Origin: Christensenella sp. | Lineage (GTDB): Bacteria; Bacillota; Clostridia; Christensenellales; UBA3700 | Direction of reading: 5' to 3' | Assembly (NCBI GenBank): GCA_022784465.1 | Contig: JALFUR010000011.1 | Location: 27,230-91,229, forward strand | Length of the DNA: 64,000 bases | Part shown: in pieces, positions 42,833 to 52,547 of the stretch | Layout of the letters: each line of letters begins with the position of its first letter | Position numbering within the stretch: position 1 is the first letter of the stretch | The notes under the pieces: generated by a model | Told to the model about the DNA's origin: nothing | The model's database searches: none | What the model saw: only the letters and a program-made list of their open reading frames with translations | Made by a program: the position numbers and the translations under genes

Positions 42833-42859
42833 ACTTCGTTCCTTATTTATTGCTTTTTA

Positions 42860-42888
42860 ATTATATCATATTAAAATATGATATTCAA
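42860..42888 (-). promoter_or_regulatory. Promoter with 10-bp palindromic operator
   Basis: TTGAAT-17-TATAAT (extended TG) on minus; ATATCATATT-aa-AATATGATAT at 42863-42884. Confidence 0.7.
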
Positions 42889-42915
42889 TAATTAAGACAA
42901 AATAATTCTAAAATG

Positions 42916-44554
42916 CGTAAATGGAAAAAGTAAACGCAGTAGTTAAACGCAGTTTTTTAATTTTGGAAAAAGTAAACGCAGTTTCTATAATTTAAGTACA
43001 ATTGTTGATTCAATTGAATTAAAGTATGGAGGACAAAATATATGTCAAAAAAGTTTACTAAAGTCGATCGTATAAGATTGCAAGATTTATTAACTAATTC
43101 TTCTAAATTAAATTTCAAAGAAATAGGTAAAGCTATTAATAAAAATGGAACTTCAATTTCCAGAGAAATTAAAAAGTATTTAACTACAGTAGAAGCTAGT
43201 ACTTTTAACACTTCTAAAGCCACAAGATGTATTTATTCTACTAAATGTTCAGAAAAACATTTATGTTCTAATTGTAGATTTCCTAGAAAATTAAAATGTA
43301 GTACTTGTGATCTTTGTGTTAATCTTTGCAAAAAATTCAATACTGTTTGCCCTAAATTAAAGAAAGTCCCTTATGTTTGTAATGGCTGTGAAAATTTTAG
43401 ATATTGCAGACTAGATAAACGTGTATATTATGCTGAAAATGCTCATAAAAATGCTACTGAATTTAGATCTAAATCTAGAACTGCCACTTGTTTAAATAAA
43501 CGAGATTTTCTAAAAGAAGACGAACTCTTAACTAATTTAGTCTGTAAAGGTCAATCTCTACATCATATCTTCATCTCTCATTCAAACGAGTTTAACTGTA
43601 CAGAAAAAACTATTAGAAATAGAATAAAAAATAATCTCTATAGTTGTTCTAGAAACGATTTGCCTGCTTCTAAAAGAATTCGCTCTTCTAAAGTTGTTAA
43701 AAGAGAGCCTATGCTAGATAAAGTTCTTACCAATAGAACATATTCTGACTTCTTATCTTTTAAACCCACTATTCCTTGTGAATATGTTGAAATGGATACT
43801 GTAATTGGTCGTGTTGGAGGCAAAGTCCTTCTCACCTTCCAATTCATTCAATCTCACTTCATGCTAGCTTTTCTTCTTGAAAACAAAACCGCTGAGTCCG
43901 TCTTATTTGCATTTTACAACATTAGAAATATTCTTGCAAAACATAATCTTTCTCAACATGATCTAATGCCTGTTATTTTAACAGATAATGGTAAAGAATT
44001 CTCTAAAGTAGATTTATTAGAAACTTCTCAATCCACAGGAGAAATACTTTCTAATATATTCTTTTGTAACCCTTACTGTTCTTCCGAAAAACCTCATGTT
44101 GAAAACAACCACAAATTAATTAGAAGAATTGTATCTCATGATTCTTCTTTCGATTTCCTTACCCAGCAAGATATTAATCTAATGATGTCTCATATTAATT
44201 CTTACAAAAGATTATCTTTAATGGATAAATCTCCTTATGAATTATTTGAGAACTTGCACCCAGGTATTGCCTCAATGTTTGGTATTACTAATATTGAATC
44301 TGATGAGATTATTTTGAACAAACACCTATTAGACAAATAGCTTACTATTCTGTCTAAATACATATATTTGTTAAACTGCGTTTACTTTTTCCAATTTAGG
44401 CAAAGAGTCTATTTGCTATGCATTATTTTGTTTTATGCATTTAAAAAAGCCCATCTGGCGTCGATAGACTCTTATTAATTTTCTTCGAAAACAACTGCGA
44501 TTGCGTTAACTTGGCAATCGCCTTTAACTGCTGCGTTTACTTTTTCCATTTACG
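42916..44554 (+). mobile_element. IS30-family insertion sequence (1639 bp)
   Basis: Perfect 24-bp TIR CGTAAATGGAAAAAGTAAACGCAG (31/32 when extended); second inner IR pair 42963-42984 / 44373-44394; no flanking duplication. Confidence 0.9.
43042..44340 (+). CDS. IS30-family DDE transposase with Cys-rich insert
   Basis: N-terminal HTH (TSISREIKK), PYVCNGC Cys cluster, EMDTVIG / LTDNGKEF / EKPHVENNH DDE triad. Confidence 0.92.
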   Translation: MSKKFTKVDRIRLQDLLTNSSKLNFKEIGKAINKNGTSISREIKKYLTTVEASTFNTSKATRCIYSTKCSEKHLCSNCRFPRKLKCSTCDLCVNLCKKFNTVCPKLKKVPYVCNGCENFRYCRLDKRVYYAENAHKNATEFRSKSRTATCLNKRDFLKEDELLTNLVCKGQSLHHIFISHSNEFNCTEKTIRNRIKNNLYSCSRNDLPASKRIRSSKVVKREPMLDKVLTNRTYSDFLSFKPTIPCEYVEMDTVIGRVGGKVLLTFQFIQSHFMLAFLLENKTAESVLFAFYNIRNILAKHNLSQHDLMPVILTDNGKEFSKVDLLETSQSTGEILSNIFFCNPYCSSEKPHVENNHKLIRRIVSHDSSFDFLTQQDINLMMSHINSYKRLSLMDKSPYELFENLHPGIASMFGITNIESDEIILNKHLLDK

Positions 44555-44601
44555 GAGTTATTAAACCTTTTGTATAGGAGTATGTTATAAGTATATTTTG
44601 A

Positions 44602-45696
44602 TTATTTATTTGAATTTTTTACACGACCATTTTCAATCTCAATTCTGTTATATTTAATGTCACTATCAAAATCGGTACATGTAATTATAGTCTGAAGATT
44701 TGAACTAATATGTATTAATTTATTTCTTCTAGATTCGTCTAGCTCGCTTAAAACATCATCTAATAATAAAACAGGGGTTTCTCCTATTTCAGTTTTAAAT
44801 AATGAAATTTCAGCCAATTTTAAAGATAGAGAAGCTGTTCTTTGTTGTCCTTGTGAACCAAATTTTCTTATATCTATATTGTTTACAAATATTTTAATAT
44901 CATCTCTATGTGGTCCATAGTTTGTATATTGTAAATTTATATCTTTATCTATATTTTCGTTTATTTTATTTTGATAATTTATTTTCATTTGATTATCGTC
45001 TTCGTATTTTATAAAACTATCATATTCTAATACAAGATTTTCTAAATTATCGCTTAAAACTAAATGAACATCATTAGCATATTTTTTTATTCGTTCTATA
45101 AATTCATATCTATATTTGATAATTTTTGTTCCATAATCTATTAATTGAAAATCCCAAATAGATAACATATCTTTAATATTTTCATTTTTAAAATTTTCTT
45201 TTAATAATTTATTTCTTTGAGCAAGAACTTCATTATATTTATTCAAAGAAAATAAATAATCTTTAAATTGTTGAGATAATGAAATATCCATAAATCTTCT
45301 TCTTTCTTGAGGAGATTCTTTGATTAATTTCATTTCATCTGGTGAAAAAAATACAATGTTTAATATACCTAATAAATCACTAATTTTTAATAGTGGTATG
45401 CCATCTACTTTTACCCTTTTTTTATCTTGATCATCAATTGAAAATTCTATAATATGATTTCTATATTTTTTACTTAATGTAATTTTTATATATGAATATT
45501 TTTCTCCCCATTTAATTAATTCTTTATATTTATTAGTTTTTGTACTTTTTCCAATCCCACAACAATAAATGCTTTCGAGTAAATTTGTTTTACCCATAGC
45601 ATTTTTTCCAACAATAACATTTAACCCTTCGTTTAAAACAATTGTTTCTTCTTTATAATTTCTAAAATTTATTAATTTTATCTCTTTTATATTCAT
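44602..45696 (-). CDS. recF: DNA replication/repair protein RecF
   Basis: GKNAMGKTN, GPHRDD, GSQGQQRT, LLLDDVLSELD. Confidence 0.95.
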   Translation of the reverse strand: MNIKEIKLINFRNYKEETIVLNEGLNVIVGKNAMGKTNLLESIYCCGIGKSTKTNKYKELIKWGEKYSYIKITLSKKYRNHIIEFSIDDQDKKRVKVDGIPLLKISDLLGILNIVFFSPDEMKLIKESPQERRRFMDISLSQQFKDYLFSLNKYNEVLAQRNKLLKENFKNENIKDMLSIWDFQLIDYGTKIIKYRYEFIERIKKYANDVHLVLSDNLENLVLEYDSFIKYEDDNQMKINYQNKINENIDKDINLQYTNYGPHRDDIKIFVNNIDIRKFGSQGQQRTASLSLKLAEISLFKTEIGETPVLLLDDVLSELDESRRNKLIHISSNLQTIITCTDFDSDIKYNRIEIENGRVKNSNK

Positions 45697-45853
45697 CTCT
45701 TAAATATAATATAATATTTAAGATTTTTCTTCAATATCATTTTACAAGTGTATTATTTAATGAAATTTACTTTTACAAATTTTTTTATACTGGACCTTAG
45801 TACTGGAATTTACTTTTACAATTAACTAATATATCTAGTCTAAAGATATTTCG

Positions 45854-45889
45854 TTGTAAAATTTTAATTATTATTATATAATTATACGT
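45854..45889 (+). promoter_or_regulatory. dnaA promoter, probably leaderless
   Basis: TTGTAA-17-TATAAT (45877-82), 7 nt before ATG 45890; no SD. Confidence 0.6.
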
Positions 45890-47245
45890 ATGATAGACAT
45901 TAGCATTATTTGGAGTGAAATCTTAAATATTATTACAAAAAAAACATCAACTGTTAGTTATGAAATGTGGTTTATGAAACTTCAACCATACTCAATTAAT
46001 AATGGTGTTTTAATTTTAATTTCTCCTTTAAAAAACGTAAAGGAAATACTTTATACAAATGATTACAAAAATATACTTCCAGAATCTATAAAAGAATTAA
46101 ATAATCCAAATATTAATGATTATTTAATCATTATGCCTGATGAAGTAAGTAAATTAAATACAATAGAAATTAAAAAAGATTATAAAGAAGAAGAAAATAT
46201 TTACAATAATAATTTAAATAAAAATTACACTTTTGATAATTTCGTTGTAGGTGAATCTAATAGAATTGCGAAAGCAGCAGCTTTTGCCGTAGCTGAAAAT
46301 CCTGGTAAAGAATATAATCCTTTATTTATTTACGGAGGAGTAGGTCTTGGAAAAACCCATATAATCAATGCTATTGGTAATAAAATTATAGAAAATAATT
46401 CAAATATTAAAATAATTTACGCTTCTACTGAACAATTTGTTAATGATTATATTGATAGTATTAGAAATAATAAAAATAACGATCAAAGTTTTAAATTTAG
46501 AGAAAAATATAGAAATGCAGATATATTAATGTTGGATGATGTTCAATTTTTAAGAGGAAGAGATTCTTCTCAGGAAGCAGTATTCCATACTATTAATGAT
46601 TTATATTTACTTAAAAAACAAATTATATTAACTTCAGATAGACATCCATCTGAATTAACTTTCTTAGAAGATAGATTACGTTCTAGATTCCAACAAGGTT
46701 TAAATGTAAGTATTTCTAGTCCAGATTTTGAAACTAGAGTTGCAATCATTCAAAAGAAATCTTTTGAAAAAAGTTTTGTATTCTCTAAAGATATTATTAA
46801 TTTCTTAGCTGAAAATATTACATCAAATATTAGAGAAATTGAAGGTGCTTTATCTAAAGTTATATTTTATTGTAAAATGAATAATAAAGAATCTGCTGAT
46901 GATTTATTATTAGTTAAAGAAGCATTAAGAGAAGAACTTGGTGGAAGTAACAATATAATTAGTTTAGATACTATAACTGATGCAGTATGCTCATATTTTA
47001 ATGTTTCTAAAGAAGCTATAAAAGGAAATAAGAAAAATAAAAATATAGTTAGACCAAGACAAATAGCTGTTTATTTAATAAATGAAGAATTAGCTGTTCC
47101 ATTAATATCAATAGGTGCATATTTTGGAGGAAGAGATCATACTACAATTATCTATGCAAGAGATAAAATTAGTGAAGAATTAAAGTCAGATAATCTTCTA
47201 AAAAAACAGGTTAATGATATAAAAAATTTGATACATAGAAACTAA
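45890..47245 (+). CDS. dnaA: Chromosomal replication initiator
   Basis: YTFDNFVVG, GGVGLGKT, LDDVQF, RPRQIA, GGRDHTT. Confidence 0.97.
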   Translation: MIDISIIWSEILNIITKKTSTVSYEMWFMKLQPYSINNGVLILISPLKNVKEILYTNDYKNILPESIKELNNPNINDYLIIMPDEVSKLNTIEIKKDYKEEENIYNNNLNKNYTFDNFVVGESNRIAKAAAFAVAENPGKEYNPLFIYGGVGLGKTHIINAIGNKIIENNSNIKIIYASTEQFVNDYIDSIRNNKNNDQSFKFREKYRNADILMLDDVQFLRGRDSSQEAVFHTINDLYLLKKQIILTSDRHPSELTFLEDRLRSRFQQGLNVSISSPDFETRVAIIQKKSFEKSFVFSKDIINFLAENITSNIREIEGALSKVIFYCKMNNKESADDLLLVKEALREELGGSNNIISLDTITDAVCSYFNVSKEAIKGNKKNKNIVRPRQIAVYLINEELAVPLISIGAYFGGRDHTTIIYARDKISEELKSDNLLKKQVNDIKNLIHRN

Positions 47246-47246
47246 A

Positions 47247-47390
47247 TGTGAATAAATTAAAAAAATGTTAATAAATTGTGAATAATTTTATACAGTTTAT
47301 TAACAATAAATAAGATTGAAATAATCGATAAAATCTATAATATTATTAATTATCAACAATTTCACAGTGCTTATTATTAATAATATTATC
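47247..47390. promoter_or_regulatory. oriC (dnaA-dnaN DnaA-box cluster and AT-rich trio-like tract)
   Basis: TGTGAATAA 47247, 47277; TGTTAATAA 47266; TTATTAACA 47297; TTATCAACA 47350; ...TTCACA-GTGC-TTATTATTAATAAT. Confidence 0.8.
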
Positions 47391-47437
47391 AATATAAAAA
47401 ACAAATAACTAATAATTATATAATTAAGAGGTAAAAA

Positions 47438-48535
47438 ATGATATTTACATGTAATGGATTAGATTTTGCTGATGCTTTGAATAAAATTTCAATGGCACTT
47501 CCTCAAAGAAAACTATCAGCAATATTAGATGGCGTTAAAATTGAAGCTCAAGGAGATCAAGTTAAACTTACTGCCACTGATATGGATTTTACAATAATTA
47601 AGATTATAAAAGCTGATGTTAAAATGAGTGGTGAAGTATTAGTTCCAGGAAAAGTATTTTTAGATCTTATTAAAAAATTAAATGGAAACTATGATATAGA
47701 AATAGAAGATGAACAAGATTCTTTGATTATCAAATATTTAGATAATAAAACAAAAATTAAAACTTTAAATGTTGATGAATATCCTGTTATTAAAGATTAT
47801 GAATTTGATTATAGAATAACAATATTACAAAAAGATTTTAAAGAATTAATAAATAAAACAGCTTTTGCTTCAAATATGAATGATGATAATAGACCTGTTT
47901 TAAAAGGATGTTTATTAAAAGTTGATGAAGATATTGTTCAAAGTATAGCTTTAGATGGATTTAGAATGGCTATTTGTAAAAAACAATTAGTTTCTGAACA
48001 TCCAACAACAGAAATTAATATTCCTTCAAAAGATTTATTAAAAATTTCTAAATTATTAGAAAATGATGAAGATTCAATTGATTTATGTTTTGCTAATAAA
48101 AAATTAATTATAGATAACAGTGATATTAAAATTATATCTACACCAATTGAAGGATTTGTAAATTATAAATCTTCAATTCCTAATAGTTTTGAGACAGAAA
48201 TTACTGTAAATACAAGAGTTTTAGAAGCAGCAATAGATAGAGTTTCAACTTTATCTAAATATGAAAAGTCATCATTGATTAAATTGGAAGTTAAAAATAA
48301 TATTTTAAATATTAGTTCAAATTCTGAATATGGTGATGCAAATGAAAATATTTCTGTATTAACAAAAGGAAAAGATATAGTTGTTGGTTATAATTCAAAA
48401 TATATTACTGATTGTTTAAAAAATATAGAAGATGAATATATTGTACTTAAAATGAATTATTCAAATCCAAGTATTATTACAGGAGTTGAAGATAGTGAAT
48501 ATCTATATTTAATATTACCTATTAGATTTAGATAA
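47438..48535 (+). CDS. dnaN: DNA polymerase III beta clamp
   Basis: LTATDMD, EYP, RPVLKG, ALDGFRMA, YLILPIR; follows dnaA. Confidence 0.95.
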   Translation: MIFTCNGLDFADALNKISMALPQRKLSAILDGVKIEAQGDQVKLTATDMDFTIIKIIKADVKMSGEVLVPGKVFLDLIKKLNGNYDIEIEDEQDSLIIKYLDNKTKIKTLNVDEYPVIKDYEFDYRITILQKDFKELINKTAFASNMNDDNRPVLKGCLLKVDEDIVQSIALDGFRMAICKKQLVSEHPTTEINIPSKDLLKISKLLENDEDSIDLCFANKKLIIDNSDIKIISTPIEGFVNYKSSIPNSFETEITVNTRVLEAAIDRVSTLSKYEKSSLIKLEVKNNILNISSNSEYGDANENISVLTKGKDIVVGYNSKYITDCLKNIEDEYIVLKMNYSNPSIITGVEDSEYLYLILPIRFR

Positions 48536-48557
48536 AAATTAATTATTATATAAAAGT

Positions 48558-48588
48558 AACTGCTAGGATAATCTTAGCAGTTTTTTTT
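48558..48588. terminator. Terminator between convergent dnaN and rsmG
   Basis: AACTGCTAGGA-taa-TCTTAGCAGTT plus T run. Confidence 0.75.
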
Positions 48589-49279
48589 AAAGTGGATTTA
48601 GTCTTGGTTTATTTCCTGATCTAGGATATATATTTAAACAATTATTATTTTTAATTATTTGTAATAAACATCTTTTATCATTATTTGGCAGTGTAAGCTC
48701 ATTTTTAGATATAATTTTTGAATTTAATTTATTTAAAGCATTATTAGATATATCTATTTCTTCTTGATAATTACTTCCCTTATACGCAATTAAAGAACCT
48801 TTAACTTTTAATAAAGGAATTGTATATTCTAAAAGTGTTGGTAGAGCTGCTACTGCTCTAGCTATACAATAATCAAATTTATTTAAATTTTTTTTTGCAT
48901 AATCTTCTACTCTTGAATGTAGACAAACACAGTTTTTTAAATTTAATTTATCTATTAATTCATTTAAAAAATTAATTCTTTTATTTAAACTATCTATTAA
49001 AACAAATTTACAATTTGGTTTTACAATTGCCAGTGGAATTGATGGAAAACCTGCTCCTGCACCAATATCACAAATTAAAGAATTATCTTCAATTAAATTA
49101 TAAGATGTTAAAGAATCAATAAAATGTTTAATTTCAACATCTTCTTTTTCTGTAATAGATGTTAAATTAATCTTATTATTCCATTCAATTAATAAATTAT
49201 AATATAATTCAAACTTATCAATTGTTAAGTCTATATTTTCAATTTTTAATTGATTTAAATAATTTTTTAAATTATTCAT
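48587..49279 (-). CDS. rsmG: 16S rRNA m7G527 methyltransferase
   Basis: WNNKINLTSI, KHFIDSL, DIGAGAGFP, ARAVA, YKG. Confidence 0.95.
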   Translation of the reverse strand: MNNLKNYLNQLKIENIDLTIDKFELYYNLLIEWNNKINLTSITEKEDVEIKHFIDSLTSYNLIEDNSLICDIGAGAGFPSIPLAIVKPNCKFVLIDSLNKRINFLNELIDKLNLKNCVCLHSRVEDYAKKNLNKFDYCIARAVAALPTLLEYTIPLLKVKGSLIAYKGSNYQEEIDISNNALNKLNSKIISKNELTLPNNDKRCLLQIIKNNNCLNIYPRSGNKPRLNPL

Positions 49280-51143
49280 GTAATCCTTTACTTAAATAAA
49301 CTAATAAAACTGTAATATCTGCTGGAGATACTCCAGATATTCTAGATGCTTGACCAAGATTTTGTGGTTTAATTTTATCTAATTTTTGTCTAGCTTCAAG
49401 TCTTAAACCATCAATTTTTAAATAATTTATATCTTTTGGTAATAATTTATTTTCTAACTTTTTATTATTTTCTATTATTGTAGATTCTTTAGATAAATAT
49501 CCTTCATATTTAATTTGAGTTTCTATTTCTTCTAAATTTCTTAAATTAAATTGCTTTAAATCATCAAAATAATCCATTAAGTTTTTAGCATTAACGTTAC
49601 TTCTTTTTAACATATTTTTATATGTAATTCCATTTGGTGGAACATTTTCATTTATAGAATCAAAATATGGTCCATATTCCTTAGGAGATATAGATTTTTC
49701 AATATATGTTTTTATTTTTTCTAATTCTTCTACTTTGTTTTGATATCTATTCCAGCGATCATCTTTAACTAAACCAACACTTCTACCAATTGGAGTTAAT
49801 CTTAAATCTGCATTTTCTTGTCTTAATAATAATCTATGTTCTGCCCTTGCAGTCATCATTCTATATGGTTCATTAGTACCTTTTGTTACTAAATCATCTA
49901 TTAATACTCCAATATATGAAGAATCTCTTGTTAATACCATTGGATTTTCATTCTTTATATATTGAGAAGCATTAATTCCAGCATATATTCCTTGAGCAGC
50001 AGCTTCTTCATAACCACTACTTCCGTTTAATTGCCCTGCTAAGAATAATCCTGGAACGTGTTTTACCATTAATGAATTATCTAAACATAAAGAATCAATA
50101 CAGTCATACTCTATAGCATATGCATATCTCATAAACTTACAGTTTTCAAGTCCTATAACTGAGTGATACATTTCAATTTGAACATCAAAAGGCATAGAAG
50201 AACTCATTCCTTGAATATACATTTCATTAGTAAATGAACTTTCAGGTTCTATAAAAATTTGATGTCTTTCTTTATCTTTAAATCTCATTATTTTATCTTC
50301 TATTGATGGACAATAACGAGGACCAACACTGTGAATACTTCCATTATATAAAGGAGATCTATCAATGTTTTTTAATATTATTTCTTTAGTTTTTTCTGTT
50401 GTATAAGTTAGATAACAAGGTTGTTTATTTTCAATATAACCATCGGTCATAAATGAGAATGGATATAATTTTTCATCTCCGTTTTGTATATCCATTTTAG
50501 AAAAATCAATAGAATTTTTATCTATTCTAGCAGGAGTACCTGTTTTAAATCTTCTTGTTGGAATACCAAGTTTAATTAAAGAATTAGTTAATTCTGTTGC
50601 TCTAGCAAAACCATTAGGCCCAACTTTTTGATTCCAATCTCCAATAATTATATTTGCATTTAAATATACACCTGTTGCAACAACTATTGCTTTGCAATAG
50701 AATGTTTGATTTAAAGTTGTTTTTATACCAATAACTTTTCCATTTTCTGTTAAAATATCTGAGACTTCAGCTTGTAAAATTGTTAAGTTTTCTTCTTCCT
50801 CTAAAACATGTTTCATGTATAAGTGGTAAGTTGTTTTATCAGTTTGAGATCTTAAAGATTGAACTGCAGCACCCTTTCCCATATTTAACATACGAAGTTG
50901 TAGACAATTTTTGTCTGCACTTAATCCCATTTGACCACCAAGCGCATCAATTTCTCTTACTAAGTGACCTTTAGCTGTTCCGCCAATAGAAGGATTACAT
51001 GGCATAAAAGAGATTGAATTTAACGATAAAGTAACTATTAAAGTTTTATGGCCACATCTTGCCAGAGCAAGACAAGCTTCAACTCCGGCGTGGCCAGCAC
51101 CAATAACGATTGCATCATAGTTTTTATCGTAGATTTCGCTCAT
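49272..51143 (-). CDS. mnmG: tRNA uridine-5-carboxymethylaminomethyl modification enzyme
   Basis: GAGHAGVEA, CNPSIGG, RFKTGTP, GPRYCPSIEDK, GYEEAAAQG. Confidence 0.97.
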   Translation of the reverse strand: MSEIYDKNYDAIVIGAGHAGVEACLALARCGHKTLIVTLSLNSISFMPCNPSIGGTAKGHLVREIDALGGQMGLSADKNCLQLRMLNMGKGAAVQSLRSQTDKTTYHLYMKHVLEEEENLTILQAEVSDILTENGKVIGIKTTLNQTFYCKAIVVATGVYLNANIIIGDWNQKVGPNGFARATELTNSLIKLGIPTRRFKTGTPARIDKNSIDFSKMDIQNGDEKLYPFSFMTDGYIENKQPCYLTYTTEKTKEIILKNIDRSPLYNGSIHSVGPRYCPSIEDKIMRFKDKERHQIFIEPESSFTNEMYIQGMSSSMPFDVQIEMYHSVIGLENCKFMRYAYAIEYDCIDSLCLDNSLMVKHVPGLFLAGQLNGSSGYEEAAAQGIYAGINASQYIKNENPMVLTRDSSYIGVLIDDLVTKGTNEPYRMMTARAEHRLLLRQENADLRLTPIGRSVGLVKDDRWNRYQNKVEELEKIKTYIEKSISPKEYGPYFDSINENVPPNGITYKNMLKRSNVNAKNLMDYFDDLKQFNLRNLEEIETQIKYEGYLSKESTIIENNKKLENKLLPKDINYLKIDGLRLEARQKLDKIKPQNLGQASRISGVSPADITVLLVYLSKGLHE

Positions 51144-51209
51144 AGGCTCATTATATCACTGCCCTCTAAATATTGGCAAATATTATATCAATATGATATA
51201 ATCAATCAC
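51144..51209. promoter_or_regulatory. Symmetric divergent promoter pair mnmG/mnmE
   Basis: Plus: TTGGCA-18-TGaTATAAT-7nt-GTG; minus: TTGCCA-18-TGaTATAAT-6nt-ATG; the two -35 hexamers overlap at 51173-51179. Confidence 0.7.
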
Positions 51210-52547
51210 GTGAAGACTATTGCAACAATATCAACTCCAGTTGGAAGTGGAGCTATAGGAATAATTAGAATGAGTGGAGATGAAGCATTAGATATTGCTT
51301 CAAAAATTTTCTTTACAAAAAAACTTACAAATTTTAAAGATGCTCAACCAAATTATATGTATTTTGGAAATATAGTCACATCAACAATTAAAGATTCAAT
51401 TTTAGCAGTGTATTTTAAAGCACCTCATTCTTATACAGGAGAAGATCTTGTAGAATTTCAATGTCATGGTGGTGTTAGAATTGTTGAAGAAATACTAAAA
51501 GAATGTTTAAAACAAGGTGCAGATCTTGCGGATAAAGGGGAATTTACAAAAAGAGCTTTTTTAAATGGAAAAATAACTCTTTCTGATGCTGAAGGAATAA
51601 TAGATATGATTAATGCAGAATCTATTGCTGCAATAAATGCTGGATATAATCTTTCTAAAGGAGGAATATCAGATAAAATATCTCAAATTCAAGATAAAGT
51701 TTTATATTGCATATCCCAACTTGAGGCGTCATTAGATTATCCGGATGAAATGGAAGATGAAGCCAAAATAGATTGTAAAGAAGCATTAGAGATAGAAAAG
51801 AAAAATTTAGAAAATCTTTTAAATACTTCTAACGTTGGTGGATATATAAAGAAAGGAATTACAGTTGCAATTGTAGGAATTGCAAATGTTGGTAAGTCTT
51901 CCCTTTTAAATACTTTACTTGGAACAGATAGAGCAATTGTAACAGATATTGCAGGAACAACAAGAGATAGTATTGAAGAAAATATCGAAGTAAAAGGTGT
52001 TTTATTAAAGCTTATAGACACTGCAGGTATAAGAGAAACAAAAGATGTTGTTGAATCAATTGGTGTTGAAAGAAGTTTAGAAATAGCAAAAGGTAGTGAT
52101 GTAGTAATATTTATTACAGAAGCTGGAAGAGATTTATTTAGCGAAGAAATAAAAATTCTAAACGAAATTAAAGCTCAAGAAAAAAATGTAATAATGGTAT
52201 ATAATAAATGTGATATAAATAAACCATTAGAAAATCAAAAAGGAATATACATTAGTGCTAAAAAAGGAGAAGGAATAGAGGAATTAAAAAATACAATAGT
52301 AGATATGTTTATTTCTAAAAATATAGATTCTTCTTCTATTTTAATTACTAACCAAAGACATTTTGAAGTTATAAAAAAAGCAATAGAAAGCATAGATATA
52401 ACAATAAATAATATAAATAAAGAACCAATAGAATGTACATTGGTAGATCTAAGAAAAGCCTATTTTTATTTAGGAGAGATAACCGGAAACAGTGCAAATG
52501 AAGATATAATAGATAATATATTTAATAAATTTTGTTTAGGAAAATAA
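51210..52547 (+). CDS. mnmE: tRNA modification GTPase
   Basis: GTG start at TIATISTP; CHGG, FTKRAFLNG, GIANVGKSS, GTTRD, DTAG, FCLGK. Confidence 0.95.
   Translation: MKTIATISTPVGSGAIGIIRMSGDEALDIASKIFFTKKLTNFKDAQPNYMYFGNIVTSTIKDSILAVYFKAPHSYTGEDLVEFQCHGGVRIVEEILKECLKQGADLADKGEFTKRAFLNGKITLSDAEGIIDMINAESIAAINAGYNLSKGGISDKISQIQDKVLYCISQLEASLDYPDEMEDEAKIDCKEALEIEKKNLENLLNTSNVGGYIKKGITVAIVGIANVGKSSLLNTLLGTDRAIVTDIAGTTRDSIEENIEVKGVLLKLIDTAGIRETKDVVESIGVERSLEIAKGSDVVIFITEAGRDLFSEEIKILNEIKAQEKNVIMVYNKCDINKPLENQKGIYISAKKGEGIEELKNTIVDMFISKNIDSSSILITNQRHFEVIKKAIESIDITINNINKEPIECTLVDLRKAYFYLGEITGNSANEDIIDNIFNKFCLGK

Noticed and set aside
51048-51209. ORF-track N-terminal extension of mnmE
   Set aside because: Overlaps mnmG antisense; homology begins at GTG 51210
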